The notes: generated by a model not told the origin, from the sequence alone. A stretch of DNA of 64,000 nt from Bacteroidota bacterium (GCA_018333525.1 JAGXTF010000118.1:53064-117063); one strand, 5' to 3'. Positions 38,475 to 48,223 are shown, counted from the first letter of the stretch. Program-made: numbers and translations.

Positions 38475-40598
38475 CTATTGTTTAACAATTTTCTTTATCA
38501 AAGGCATGCGATTTTCATCGCTTATTAAGATGACATAAAGCCCCTCCGGAAATTCGGAAAAAGAGATAGTTGAGCCGAATCCTTGTTCCAAAAGTTGCCC
38601 TTGGGCATTATATAAACTATATTTATGTGGCCCAGAAGGCGAGAAATTTAATGTCTCAGTAACAGGATTAGGATAAACATTTAGTAAATGTGCAGTAAGT
38701 TGGTGAGTTCGGAGAGATTTGATTTGTATTTCTGTTGTGTCACTGTAACAACCTGTGGTGGTATAAGCCCACACAGTCCAATTGCCTGTATCCTTTACAG
38801 AATAATAAGGTATTGCAGTAGTATCCATATTCCCATTATGCTTAAATACAAAGCGCATTGCTGGTGATGAAAGATAGTTAGTAATTCGTATACTATCTGT
38901 AAGGGTAAATACCGCAACTGGTTTATCTATTGAAGTACTTTTAAATACTTTTATTGTATCGAAATTCAAGCAATAATTGCTATCGTAAAATTTTACTGAA
39001 TAAATTCCAAAAGTATCAATATGTCTTTCAGTCAGGCTACCTCCATTTTCCCACATTGAGCAGAATGATTGAGATGGGATGGATAAATTTATTCCGAAGG
39101 TGTCGTAACAAACTGGAATATCAGCGCCCAAAATATTCTTTTTTACAGGCTCCCAAACAGGAATGTTCTTAAGGATAGTATCATTCCCAGTTGAATATTT
39201 TGCAATCATTTTTACCTTTATTTGGCCCGAACTAATTATCGGAACTTGGATTGACGAGCCACTTTGGGTGGTTTTTGATCCATCGGTATTAATTACCTCC
39301 CAGATAAGTGAATTTTCTTGCCCGGTAGTGATGGCTTCTAGTTCTATTTGATTGGATTTACAATTGGTTAAATATCTAACTTCACTTCGATATTCTCTAA
39401 AAAAGCTTGATGGAAAATTCGGGGGAGCATATTTTATGTTATGTAAGGTTTTTAACCAATTTGGGTTATAGTTTTTTGGAACAAAAGAGTCATTTGTATT
39501 TGACATAAGGAAAAGACAGTTTGTGTCCTTATATATCCATAAATTTACTGAATCTACCCATCTCTCAGTAATGTAATAGCCACTGACCAATTCATTTTTG
39601 CTTAATCTGTATAAGCCAAAACTATAGCGAAATGGAGGTTGCGATTGTTTAGCAATAATATTGGTGTCCCAATCTTTTATTCTGTTTTGAGCTAATTGAG
39701 CTACAGTTCCAGCCTCACTGTTAGCAGTATAAAGGTATTCCTCATTCTCAGAAAACTCAGGTCCAATTAAAAGACCATGTTCCACGTCGTACCTTATGAT
39801 TCGGTCGGTAAGTGCCGAATTAAACGCATTAAAATGAGCAATTTGAATTTTTCCATCTTCAAAATTATGGTTAGTAATGCTATGACCATTTACTGAAAAT
39901 AAAGCGCCACATTGCCCGGAGCTATTTTTGTAGCTATTAGCATTATATTGCATAAAAGGACAAGGAATAATACCGTTGTCAGTGATCAAGAAAAATAACA
40001 AGTTATCAGAAGTATTTGATGCGGTTACCAGCCAATAAAAGTAGTTGTTGTGGTGTATTGTTGCTCCAATACCTTCGATAACTCTCGTAGCTAATAATTG
40101 ATCTTTTTTAACGACTGTTTTTGTTTTCCAATTGATGAGGGCATACCTTAATCTATTATTTAAATTACCACTTTCGTAGGTCGTATAAAAGAGATAGCAA
40201 AAACTATCTTTTCCAGGGTACGGAATAAATACAGCACCTCGGTAAGAAGTCCAGTTACCGGTCGAAATTTGACCTCCGGAAATAATATTATGGCTGCTGT
40301 CGTAAACAAATCGGCTGTCAAAATATAGTTGTAAATGCCCCCCAGTGTCCGTGAATACTGCCATTTCTTCTGTCGATATGGCTTTGGAATATGGGTGTTG
40401 GTATGGGCCATTTTCAGTCCATTCGATCCAGTTACTATCACCAAATACCCAATGTCGGGTTCTATTTCTGTCAGGGTTTGCATTCTGTCCTTGGACCATG
40501 TTCGCAGCAAGAAACAAAAAGAACAAAATAGGAGCGCCCCTTGAGAAAAGGATTTGAAACGGACGACAAGCAGGAACATCACTTTGGGTAGAAGTCAT
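38475..40598 (-). CDS. T9SS-secreted beta-propeller/PKD protein
   Basis: W.FG...D..G.L..Y, IPYPG, EFS..E.YLY blocks; VYPNP...GLY...KKIVKQ CTD. Confidence 0.8.
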   Translation of the reverse strand: MTSTQSDVPACRPFQILFSRGAPILFFLFLAANMVQGQNANPDRNRTRHWVFGDSNWIEWTENGPYQHPYSKAISTEEMAVFTDTGGHLQLYFDSRFVYDSSHNIISGGQISTGNWTSYRGAVFIPYPGKDSFCYLFYTTYESGNLNNRLRYALINWKTKTVVKKDQLLATRVIEGIGATIHHNNYFYWLVTASNTSDNLLFFLITDNGIIPCPFMQYNANSYKNSSGQCGALFSVNGHSITNHNFEDGKIQIAHFNAFNSALTDRIIRYDVEHGLLIGPEFSENEEYLYTANSEAGTVAQLAQNRIKDWDTNIIAKQSQPPFRYSFGLYRLSKNELVSGYYITERWVDSVNLWIYKDTNCLFLMSNTNDSFVPKNYNPNWLKTLHNIKYAPPNFPSSFFREYRSEVRYLTNCKSNQIELEAITTGQENSLIWEVINTDGSKTTQSGSSIQVPIISSGQIKVKMIAKYSTGNDTILKNIPVWEPVKKNILGADIPVCYDTFGINLSIPSQSFCSMWENGGSLTERHIDTFGIYSVKFYDSNYCLNFDTIKVFKSTSIDKPVAVFTLTDSIRITNYLSSPAMRFVFKHNGNMDTTAIPYYSVKDTGNWTVWAYTTTGCYSDTTEIQIKSLRTHQLTAHLLNVYPNPVTETLNFSPSGPHKYSLYNAQGQLLEQGFGSTISFSEFPEGLYVILISDENRMPLIKKIVKQ

Positions 40599-40727
40599 AT
40601 ATTCAAATTTAAAGCATATTTTACCAAGTGTGTCTCATTGATAAGTACTGTGACAATTATATGTGTAAAATGTTGCTAAGAGTCTAAGTAATTGGCCCGT
40701 ATTGCCTTCAAGTGATTTACCAATTCA

Positions 40728-41276
40728 TTACCGAGTTTTAATTGTTTTCGTTTCCATTACCCGAACCACAGGCACAGATTGAATGCATACCTCATCTCCC
40801 TTGATAAGAAATCCCGAAAAGAAGCCTAATACTGGCAGAAGGGACAATCCGAGTCCAGCAGAGAAGAGAATAGCCCCGGTTCTCTTCTTCTTACCCTCCA
40901 CAAAGTCCGAGCCGTTCAGAAGTACTTCCTGACCATCTGTGGCAAGAACCGAGTTGACGATCACCTCTATGCGTCCGGGTCTGCCCCAAGCCCCTGCTGG
41001 CTTCTTGTTTATGGTTATATTGACTGATTCACCGGCTTTAATAACAGTTCTGTTGGAGTCACCCTTAATATCCCTCCCGATAAAAGCTCTGATTTGATCA
41101 TTCCCATCGCTACAAACCGTATGGGTGAAGATGATTGGGACCAAAGTTCCAGCGGTTAGAAAATCCTCCTTCTGTGCTGATAATCTTTGAGTTGCACCAG
41201 CAATTACAACTGCTGTAAATATTAGTGTTTTCAAGTTCATAAAGGCGAGTATAGGAAAGAAACACGAAAGACGCAA
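40728..41276 (-). CDS. Exported hypothetical protein with C-terminal TM
   Basis: Signal-like N-terminus (likely start at MNLK), beta-rich body, GAWGRPG, C-terminal hydrophobic helix. Confidence 0.65.
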   Translation of the reverse strand: MRLSCFFPILAFMNLKTLIFTAVVIAGATQRLSAQKEDFLTAGTLVPIIFTHTVCSDGNDQIRAFIGRDIKGDSNRTVIKAGESVNITINKKPAGAWGRPGRIEVIVNSVLATDGQEVLLNGSDFVEGKKKRTGAILFSAGLGLSLLPVLGFFSGFLIKGDEVCIQSVPVVRVMETKTIKTR

Positions 41277-41347
41277 ATAAACAGTATTTTATTAAGAGGA
41301 CTTTATAAACGGTAATTTATAAGCGTGACAAGAACCTCCTTTACAGT

Positions 41348-41602
41348 ATGGTAAAAGAAATTAAGAAGGTCAAAAAAGTGCCCTTAGACCCAAGAATATT
41401 AGCCATTTGTGATAAAATCAAAGACCTACGGATTGCAGCAGGCTATACGAACTATGAGAACTTTGCCTGGGATCACCGTTTGAACCGAAGCCATTATCAC
41501 AAGGTAGAAAAGGGCCATAATATGACCCTTGAATCATTTTTGAAAATTATTGATGCACATGGCCTGAAACTAAAGGACTTTTTTCAAACAATTGATCTAT
41601 AA
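41348..41602 (+). CDS. XRE-family HTH regulator
   Basis: IKDLRIAAGY.NYE.FA....RSHY.KVEKG.N.TL. Confidence 0.85.
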   Translation: MVKEIKKVKKVPLDPRILAICDKIKDLRIAAGYTNYENFAWDHRLNRSHYHKVEKGHNMTLESFLKIIDAHGLKLKDFFQTIDL

Positions 41603-41629
41603 AAATGGAAATCATTGTCCAAATTAAAA

Positions 41630-41653
41630 AAGCAATGGATTTTTCCATTGCTT
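41630..41653. terminator. Bidirectional intrinsic terminator
   Basis: AAGCAATGGA-tttt-TCCATTGCTT with flanking A and T tracts, between convergent genes. Confidence 0.7.
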
Positions 41654-41680
41654 AGTTTTTTAATTAAAGAACAAATTACT

Positions 41681-41812
41681 TCAGCCAAAATATTTTGGCT
41701 TTTTCACACCTAACAAAATCACACCGATTGCAAAATCACCATGTTCAATGAAATTGAAACACTTCGAGGTATCAATGAGTTTGTACTGATCGTCGAACTT
41801 GAATTTTTTCAT
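41681..41812 (-). CDS. Small 43-aa ORF not in the supplied track
   Basis: ATG 2 nt after the upstream stop; MKKFKFDDQYKLIDTSKCFNFIEHGDFAIGVILLGVKKPKYFG; ends just before the terminator. Confidence 0.4.
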   Translation of the reverse strand: MKKFKFDDQYKLIDTSKCFNFIEHGDFAIGVILLGVKKPKYFG

Positions 41813-41814
41813 GT

Positions 41815-42429
41815 TTAAAAACTCTTAGGATTAATGATTAATTCACTGGTGAGAATTGTAACATTTTCTGGGGTGAAATACTTTTCTTTTACAAGGGTCG
41901 TAAGAATTTCCCTTGCCTCTGATTTAGTATCGTAGAACACAATAGGTCTTGATGTAATTTCTTTTTGGTCCTTCCGATTATTATCAGAATCAAAGAATCC
42001 CCAAACTGGATACATCCAGCCAGCCTTGCGCAGAAGGGCTCGAAGGTTGGAGATATCATACTCATCGTATTCAGCCATTCGTTTTTCTGCGAGATAATGC
42101 GTCTCAAGACCTAATTGAGAAAGGACTTCTTTCAAATGAGTGGTCTCGAAGACAATACCATCTTGTTGAACAACCTCCTCTAGCTTTTTAAGCATGTAAG
42201 CAATGATTCGATCTTCAGTTCCAACGTTGGACATAAACACTCTGTAAGGAGGTATATCTCCTGCAAAGAAGCTGGATTCATGGTTTTTCGATGTGATTAT
42301 TGAAAGCAATTCCTGCTTGGTAAAATAGGCCACCCAACGATCATTGACTTTGATTTTCGTGGCTTCCAATAGATCGAGGTAATCCTTCAGAATTTGGATT
42401 AAAATACAGACTGTTCTAATCTGCATCAT
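41815..42429 (-). CDS. Hypothetical protein
   Basis: 204-aa ORF overlapping the upstream ORF. Confidence 0.65.
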   Translation of the reverse strand: MMQIRTVCILIQILKDYLDLLEATKIKVNDRWVAYFTKQELLSIITSKNHESSFFAGDIPPYRVFMSNVGTEDRIIAYMLKKLEEVVQQDGIVFETTHLKEVLSQLGLETHYLAEKRMAEYDEYDISNLRALLRKAGWMYPVWGFFDSDNNRKDQKEITSRPIVFYDTKSEAREILTTLVKEKYFTPENVTILTSELIINPKSF

Positions 42430-42754
42430 TTGAACCCTCCTCCAATTCGGATGTTACCAGAGCCGTTGGGTGCTTAAGGGTCTCCTGGCGCCAATTGTTA
42501 AGCATGTAGGCTACAATGAATAGGTCGTCCTTTATGAATTCAAGGAGTTCCTTGTTTTCAAGTGTAGCTACATCAGGTTTACCGGGCAGTGCTCCTTTGT
42601 ACATTTCATTCACTATGGCAACAAGGTCTTTGCGTGAAAGGAAGTACAGGATTGCAGGGTCAACCGCAGGAACGGTTTCACTTTCGTCTTTAGCGCGTTT
42701 GCGCAAAATTGTGGCGAAATACTTTAGCATTTCTTTGTTTTTTTCTGTTTTCAT
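42416..42754 (-). CDS. Hypothetical protein
   Basis: 112-aa ORF, ATG preceded by an A-rich leader. Confidence 0.65.
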   Translation of the reverse strand: MKTEKNKEMLKYFATILRKRAKDESETVPAVDPAILYFLSRKDLVAIVNEMYKGALPGKPDVATLENKELLEFIKDDLFIVAYMLNNWRQETLKHPTALVTSELEEGSNDAD

Positions 42755-42837
42755 TTTTTTTGTATTTAATTGTGAATGAACTTTCTATGATTTTCTTTTA
42801 TTTGTTTAAGTTGGATGGTGGGTAAATTCAAAGTATT

Positions 42838-43635
42838 TCATATTGGATAGTTTGCCGTTAAGACCTCAGTTTTTACAGGTCGCTTACTCCCGTCAGTAAT
42901 CTTGTGTGCACTCAGTGGCTTGGTGAATAATTTAGAATGCCAGCCATGTTTATTTATGAATTCATTGAGAATTTTAGACGGATATGAACTCAGAAGAAAT
43001 TTTCCTTTTATGGTGACCAAAGTCTCAACTAATTTACGATAGTCGTTTTCAGTATATCCACTGTAATGACCTTGGTCAGTTTCTATGTATGGTGGGTCTA
43101 AATAGTGAAAAGTTTCAGGACTGTCATAGAGTTTAATTACATGGCATGCATCAGAACATTCTATTGCTGCATTCTCTATTCGTTTTGCAAATGAATCAGT
43201 AAATTTGATTTTCTTGTTTAAGAAAGTTTTTTGTCTTTTTCCATATTTATCAAATCCCCATGAACCCATTATATGCAAGAACCCCATATTGCAGGCTATA
43301 TAGAACCCCCATGCTTGGACTAGTTCGCTGAAGAGATGTGGCATTCGGCAGACTACCATTGCGGTGGAATATGAAGAGCGAGAGAAAAGCGTTTCTTCAA
43401 TCTTTTGTTTAAGATTTTGGAAATCATTTTGAAGTACTTTGTAGAAATTAATTACCAGATTGTTTGTATCATTAATGACTTCATGTTCTACTGGCTCTTT
43501 TGCAAAGAATACCGTACCGCCGCCGAAGAATGGTTCTGTGTAAACTGAATGTGTGGGAATTAGCGGCAGTATATGCTTGAGCATATTTTTCTTTCCGCCG
43601 TAATATGAAATTGGAGTATCGTGCGTTTTTGACAT
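42838..43635 (-). CDS. Orphan DNA adenine methyltransferase (Dam/D12 class)
   Basis: YYGGK, EPFFGGG, VIND, YLDPPY. Confidence 0.92.
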   Translation of the reverse strand: MSKTHDTPISYYGGKKNMLKHILPLIPTHSVYTEPFFGGGTVFFAKEPVEHEVINDTNNLVINFYKVLQNDFQNLKQKIEETLFSRSSYSTAMVVCRMPHLFSELVQAWGFYIACNMGFLHIMGSWGFDKYGKRQKTFLNKKIKFTDSFAKRIENAAIECSDACHVIKLYDSPETFHYLDPPYIETDQGHYSGYTENDYRKLVETLVTIKGKFLLSSYPSKILNEFINKHGWHSKLFTKPLSAHKITDGSKRPVKTEVLTANYPI

Positions 43636-43688
43636 AAAATAAATTTGTAATAGTTAATTACAAACCCATTTTACTCGTGACAGAATTA

Positions 43689-44888
43689 TTAAATAGTTGT
43701 ACTTTTTGGTAAGTCTAAATGTTCTGGTGCTATGGTTATGGCAGAGAATGGAGTAGAGGGTTTGCCATCAATTAATAACTTTAAAAAGATGGAATGATTT
43801 TCTAAATTGATAAAATCTTCTGCCTCAAATACGGGATGCATTTCTTTCGCAAAAAACTGAGCATCCTGATATGAAAGCCTGAAACAAATCATGGTACCGA
43901 CGTTGCCCAAGACGGCATCCCGGATTTTTTCGGTAAGCTGATTTAGATATTGGTGAGCCACGACAAATCCTATTTTGAACTTGCGTAGTTCTGAAAACAT
44001 TTCCACGAGTGAAAGAGTTGTGTAATTGTGAAATTCGTCCAAATACACATAAAACGGTCTGCGTTTAGCTTCGGGCAATGACGCCCTGTTAAATCCCACA
44101 GAAGCTATTGTGCCAATAATTAGAGACCCCAGGAGGTATGCCGCATCTCTTCCAATAGAGCCTTTTGCCATATTAACAATTAGTATTTTCCCATCATTGA
44201 TAATACGTGAGAAGGAAATCTGTTCTTTGTTCTCAACTAGTATTTTCTTGATAATTGGAATTGTTAAGAATCCGCCAATTTTGTTATAAACTGGTATTAA
44301 ATCGGCCTTCCCATATTTCGGAAATTCATTAATCCAGAAATTTCGTACTTCTTCTGTCAGAATGTTCTTTATGCAGTTGGTGCGATATTCTTCATCATTC
44401 AGAATTTTGGGAATATCAGAAAAAGTAGCAGTTTCCTGATCAAGCAGAGTCAATAAGACATTGCGCAATGTATATTCAATCCTAGTACCCCAGGATTGGC
44501 TGCCCCAGATTTTCTCAAACACTTCAAGAATATGGGAAACTACCAAATGTCTGAATTGAAATGGTACTTTTCTTAAAGGATTGTATCCATAACAAATATG
44601 TGGGTTTGTGGCATCAAATAAAATAATATCATTTCGGTAGCGCGGATGTATCGTTTCCCGAATTTTTTCAGCAAGATCCCCGGCAATGTCAAAAATACAA
44701 GCACCTCGAAAACAATATATGTCCTGGAGTAATAAGGTTTCAATAAGGTTAGTTTTGCCAGTGCCAGTCTTACCAATAATATGTATTCCGACCATCCGAT
44801 CATGTTGGTGAATGCCAAATACTGTGTTTTGGTTTCGAAAATTGACTTTTGCAAAATATGAAATGCTAGGTTTTAGTGATTTCATCAA
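43689..44888 (-). CDS. VirD4/TraD-like coupling ATPase without TM anchor
   Basis: GKTGTGKT, YLDEFHN, ELRK...AHQYL.QL, GNVGT.I.FR. Confidence 0.85.
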   Translation of the reverse strand: MMKSLKPSISYFAKVNFRNQNTVFGIHQHDRMVGIHIIGKTGTGKTNLIETLLLQDIYCFRGACIFDIAGDLAEKIRETIHPRYRNDIILFDATNPHICYGYNPLRKVPFQFRHLVVSHILEVFEKIWGSQSWGTRIEYTLRNVLLTLLDQETATFSDIPKILNDEEYRTNCIKNILTEEVRNFWINEFPKYGKADLIPVYNKIGGFLTIPIIKKILVENKEQISFSRIINDGKILIVNMAKGSIGRDAAYLLGSLIIGTIASVGFNRASLPEAKRRPFYVYLDEFHNYTTLSLVEMFSELRKFKIGFVVAHQYLNQLTEKIRDAVLGNVGTMICFRLSYQDAQFFAKEMHPVFEAEDFINLENHSIFLKLLIDGKPSTPFSAITIAPEHLDLPKSTTI

Positions 44889-45004
44889 GTCAGCATAATC
44901 GTATCTGATTGTTTATGGAAGTATGGACATTTGGTAGCGGTTAAGCGCGGACACTCTAGGAGAGAATTAATTGGTAGCCATAAAATTTAACTAATACTTG
45001 AGTA

Positions 45005-46792
45005 TCATGCTGCTTTTTTGGTGTAACTTATTTTATTTTTTTGGTATAAATTACCCTTTGTCTTAAAACCTTTATCGTGTATAATGGAGTTTCGGACATT
45101 GGACAGCCAACGGAGCATAATAGGACAAGGGGTATCAAAAAGACCTTTTTGTCCTATGGTTATAAGGCTTTTTTCAGGTTCGAACACACCATATTTCTTA
45201 TGAACTTTAGGAAGACCTGAAATAAATGCCCCCAGCCATTCTGGGCATGAAAAATATAGATTTTTGTCGTCCCATATTAGGTTCGAACTCAATTTCTGTA
45301 AAAACTCTCTTTTCTCGAAATAATTGCCGTGATCCATTATTTCTAACCCTGACGCACACATATCAAGAGTTTCATAGATTTCTTGGTACCAGTCAAATAC
45401 TTCGTTCTCGCACTCAACTTTTCTCGCTGATGCTTTCAATTTTGCTGATTCGATTTGGTAATTATCTTCATCTATAGTGCCATTCAAATACACCGTGAGT
45501 AGGCGATCCAGCTTAATTTTAAGATCTTCCGCATTTTTACTTTTAATGAGCTCCATGTTTTTTTGAATTACCATGTCATCCCTTTTGAGAATTTCAAGGT
45601 GCTTTTTGGCCCAATTTGCCAAAGCTGGATGTATATTAAAATAATCCTTTATAAATTGTTTTAGAAAATAGTCGATCTGCTTTTCATCAATACTCTTATA
45701 AGGTAATTTTTCCCTTTTTTTCTTGTAATTATAGTAGTATGTGTAGGTCAAGTATTTGGGATTCTGCATCTCCTTTATTGGAACTTTGCATGCTGGACAC
45801 TCAGTTTTGTTACTGTATGCAAATTTATGTTTGCAGTCGCAAATCACTTGGAGCTTGTGATCGGCGCCAATAAATTCTCCCTTACCGCCGAAAATAAATG
45901 ACCGGTAAACACTTTGATGTTGATTTTTATTTGGTGTGGTTCTACCTGAGAGTATTGCACAAACCTTATAATATTCATGTTCAGTGATAATGCGGGGAAT
46001 TTCCTTATTTAACTCCCTTCGATCCCTTTTAAAGCCAAACTTATCTGCACTGTGAAAAAATCCCGCATAAATCGGATTGGTTAAAACCACTTGCATATAG
46101 GAACGTGAAATTGGAGACCCTTTTGGATTTTCTTTGCTTGGTATCGTTAGATTCAGAATATCATGTGAATATTCCAGGATCGAATTTATAGAATCATTAC
46201 CTTTTAAAAATTGCTTAAAGAGTTGCTGCACTTTATTGAACCTTTCTTGGTCCACTAACCAATCTCGATTGCCTTTTTCCTGCAATTTATTATTTATAAA
46301 GCCGAGAGGGGCTTTACCGGTAGGAAATCCTTTTTTATATCGCTTCTCTAGGCCACTTTTTACAAATAAACTCTTGTCATCTGAGTCCTTTTTAGACATT
46401 GTGAATTCAATCTGGAGCATCATCTTGTCTGTGGGATTATTAAAATAAATCCTTGTCGGGGTTTTGATATGATGAAGTTTGCCTATATCCATTAAGTATA
46501 TAATTATTCCTGCATCTATTGAGTTACGAGACAGGCGATTTGCATGCCAACAGAGCCAAGCATTTATCTTGCCTTTTTTAGTGAGGTCAATAAGATTTTT
46601 AAATCCACTGCGACCAATTGTGAAAGCGGACTTGGATTCACGGATTGGAGTTCCGTAGATTCTTAAATTCTCCTTATGTTCAATTTCAACAAGGTCGTCA
46701 ATTTGCCTTTCGATAGATTGGACTTGACGGTCCTCCGATTCAGAAGATTTTCGGGCATACATTCCATAAGTAAATGAAGATATATATTCCAT
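45005..46792 (-). CDS. Second large serine recombinase
   Basis: YARKSSE.EDRQ..SI..Q, NRLSRN, AP.GF.N, LTNPIYAG, Zn-finger CDC/CPAC; start ATG 46792. Confidence 0.9.
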   Translation of the reverse strand: MEYISSFTYGMYARKSSESEDRQVQSIERQIDDLVEIEHKENLRIYGTPIRESKSAFTIGRSGFKNLIDLTKKGKINAWLCWHANRLSRNSIDAGIIIYLMDIGKLHHIKTPTRIYFNNPTDKMMLQIEFTMSKKDSDDKSLFVKSGLEKRYKKGFPTGKAPLGFINNKLQEKGNRDWLVDQERFNKVQQLFKQFLKGNDSINSILEYSHDILNLTIPSKENPKGSPISRSYMQVVLTNPIYAGFFHSADKFGFKRDRRELNKEIPRIITEHEYYKVCAILSGRTTPNKNQHQSVYRSFIFGGKGEFIGADHKLQVICDCKHKFAYSNKTECPACKVPIKEMQNPKYLTYTYYYNYKKKREKLPYKSIDEKQIDYFLKQFIKDYFNIHPALANWAKKHLEILKRDDMVIQKNMELIKSKNAEDLKIKLDRLLTVYLNGTIDEDNYQIESAKLKASARKVECENEVFDWYQEIYETLDMCASGLEIMDHGNYFEKREFLQKLSSNLIWDDKNLYFSCPEWLGAFISGLPKVHKKYGVFEPEKSLITIGQKGLFDTPCPIMLRWLSNVRNSIIHDKGFKTKGNLYQKNKISYTKKAA

Positions 46793-46804
46793 AGAGTAAA
46801 GATA

Positions 46805-46920
46805 AAAATAAAAAAGGGACAACAACTTTGAACTTTTAGTCGCCAGACTCAAAAGCAGGTTGTTGCCCCATCTTTACCCACAATGAGAATCATTATGGAA
46901 TCTGCTTTTGAATCTGGCGA
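46805..46920 (-). promoter_or_regulatory. Structured leader / candidate attenuator upstream of recombinase 2
   Basis: 19-bp inverted repeat (18/19) at 46840-46858 and 46902-46920, interleaved with a second stem 46859-46868/46816-46826 followed by a U-tract. Confidence 0.6.
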
Positions 46921-46934
46921 ACTTATAATAACAT

Positions 46935-47147
46935 TTATTCAGGTTTTGTTAAAGCGTCTATTGGTTTCGTTCTACGACACCTTATCTTAATGCCCAGCGC
47001 CATTGTGGTTAGGAGAAGGGCGCCTAATTTTTGTAGGTCTTCAGGAGAAAGATCAGCAGCTTTATCACCAATCGCTAAATACAATGCCTCTTTGAGCTCG
47101 GCTATTGCTTTATTTGGTATCACCCTTCCGTCTTCTTCCTTTTCCAT
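46935..47147 (-). CDS. Small hypothetical protein
   Basis: 70-aa helical ORF with ATG start, upstream of recombinase 2. Confidence 0.55.
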   Translation of the reverse strand: MEKEEDGRVIPNKAIAELKEALYLAIGDKAADLSPEDLQKLGALLLTTMALGIKIRCRRTKPIDALTKPE

Positions 47148-47262
47148 ACATGATTAGCATACATCCATACACAAATACAATAGAAGTCCGTCCTTTTGGT
47201 AGTAGAAAATTTACCAATTATTTGTACTGCATTGGTGCTACAAAGTGAGTTAATATTAAAAA

Positions 47263-47655
47263 ATGAAATATGTGCAATTTACACAAATACCAAATGTCAT
47301 ACTGGATGCATATCTATCGGAATTAAGTTTGTCTGAACTGCGGGTGTTACTCGTCGTTCTTCGCCAAACTATGGGATTTGTATATAAGGGTACGCAACAG
47401 CGAAAGAAAAAAGATTGGATTTCGAACGCGTTTTACATTAAAAAAACGCGTCTCTCAGCCAAGTCTGTTTCTTTAGCTGTTGCGAGGTTAATTGATAAAA
47501 ATCTAATTGTTGCCCTCGACGCCAATGGAAATGTTTTACATAGTCCTGAGAGCAGACAGGGTAAAAAGCGGATATATTTTTCATACGCCCCACATTGGCA
47601 TGAGTATCAGCGAGAAAAAATGGTAAACAAATTGGCAAAGAAACTTACAATTTAG
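47263..47655 (+). CDS. Phage replication protein O-like N-terminal wHTH protein
   Basis: FTQIPN.ILD, ELRVLL...RQT.GF, KDWIS...F..KT.LS. Confidence 0.78.
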   Translation: MKYVQFTQIPNVILDAYLSELSLSELRVLLVVLRQTMGFVYKGTQQRKKKDWISNAFYIKKTRLSAKSVSLAVARLIDKNLIVALDANGNVLHSPESRQGKKRIYFSYAPHWHEYQREKMVNKLAKKLTI

Positions 47656-47886
47656 AACGAACTTGAGTAAAAACTTCTATTGACCTCTGTAAATATTACT
47701 AAAGACAAAATAAATACATACAAAAGAAAAACAAACTAAATATTAGATGCGGAGAGAAATTTTTTTTGGTAATAAATACCAAAAAGTTGGACTATATAAT
47801 GCTACATAGACGAGTAAAATGTAATGAGTTGTAGGATTTTTATTTAAAAATATTTTATTAGTTAACGCCTATAACAAGTAAAAATT

Positions 47887-48219
47887 ATGCCTCATCATAG
47901 TTCTTTGAAACAGGCTAGGAGAAATCTGAGTCTGTCACTACAAGATACTGCGTATCTCCTTGATACCGATATCTCCAATTTATCAAAATACGAATACGGC
48001 AAATTAACTCCCAGTGCAAGAATTGTCGTAGGCTATCACCTAATTACGAAAACGCCTCTTGAGGAGTTGATGAAGTATCATTCATTTGGAGTCCGTGACA
48101 CTCTGATTGAAAGAGTCGAGGGCCTGATTGAAGAACTCAACAACGGACCAGCCAATGGGAAAAATCAACATCGAAAGGAAGTTCTGAAAACAATATTACA
48201 AAACATTAAATACAAATAA
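47887..48219 (+). CDS. XRE-family HTH protein
   Basis: LKQARRNL.LSLQD.AYLL......LSKYEYGK..P. Confidence 0.8.
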   Translation: MPHHSSLKQARRNLSLSLQDTAYLLDTDISNLSKYEYGKLTPSARIVVGYHLITKTPLEELMKYHSFGVRDTLIERVEGLIEELNNGPANGKNQHRKEVLKTILQNIKYK

Positions 48220-48223
48220 TTCT

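Noticed and set aside
44931-44980. TTGGTAGC direct repeat, one copy matching TGGTAGCCA near attL
   Set aside because: Matches of 8-9 bp can arise by chance and lack the att symmetry and central TG spacing.
45085-45120. Possible tRNA 3'-end relic in the C-terminus of recombinase 2
   Set aside because: No intact T-arm (GTTCRA stem-loop) or acceptor stem can be drawn.
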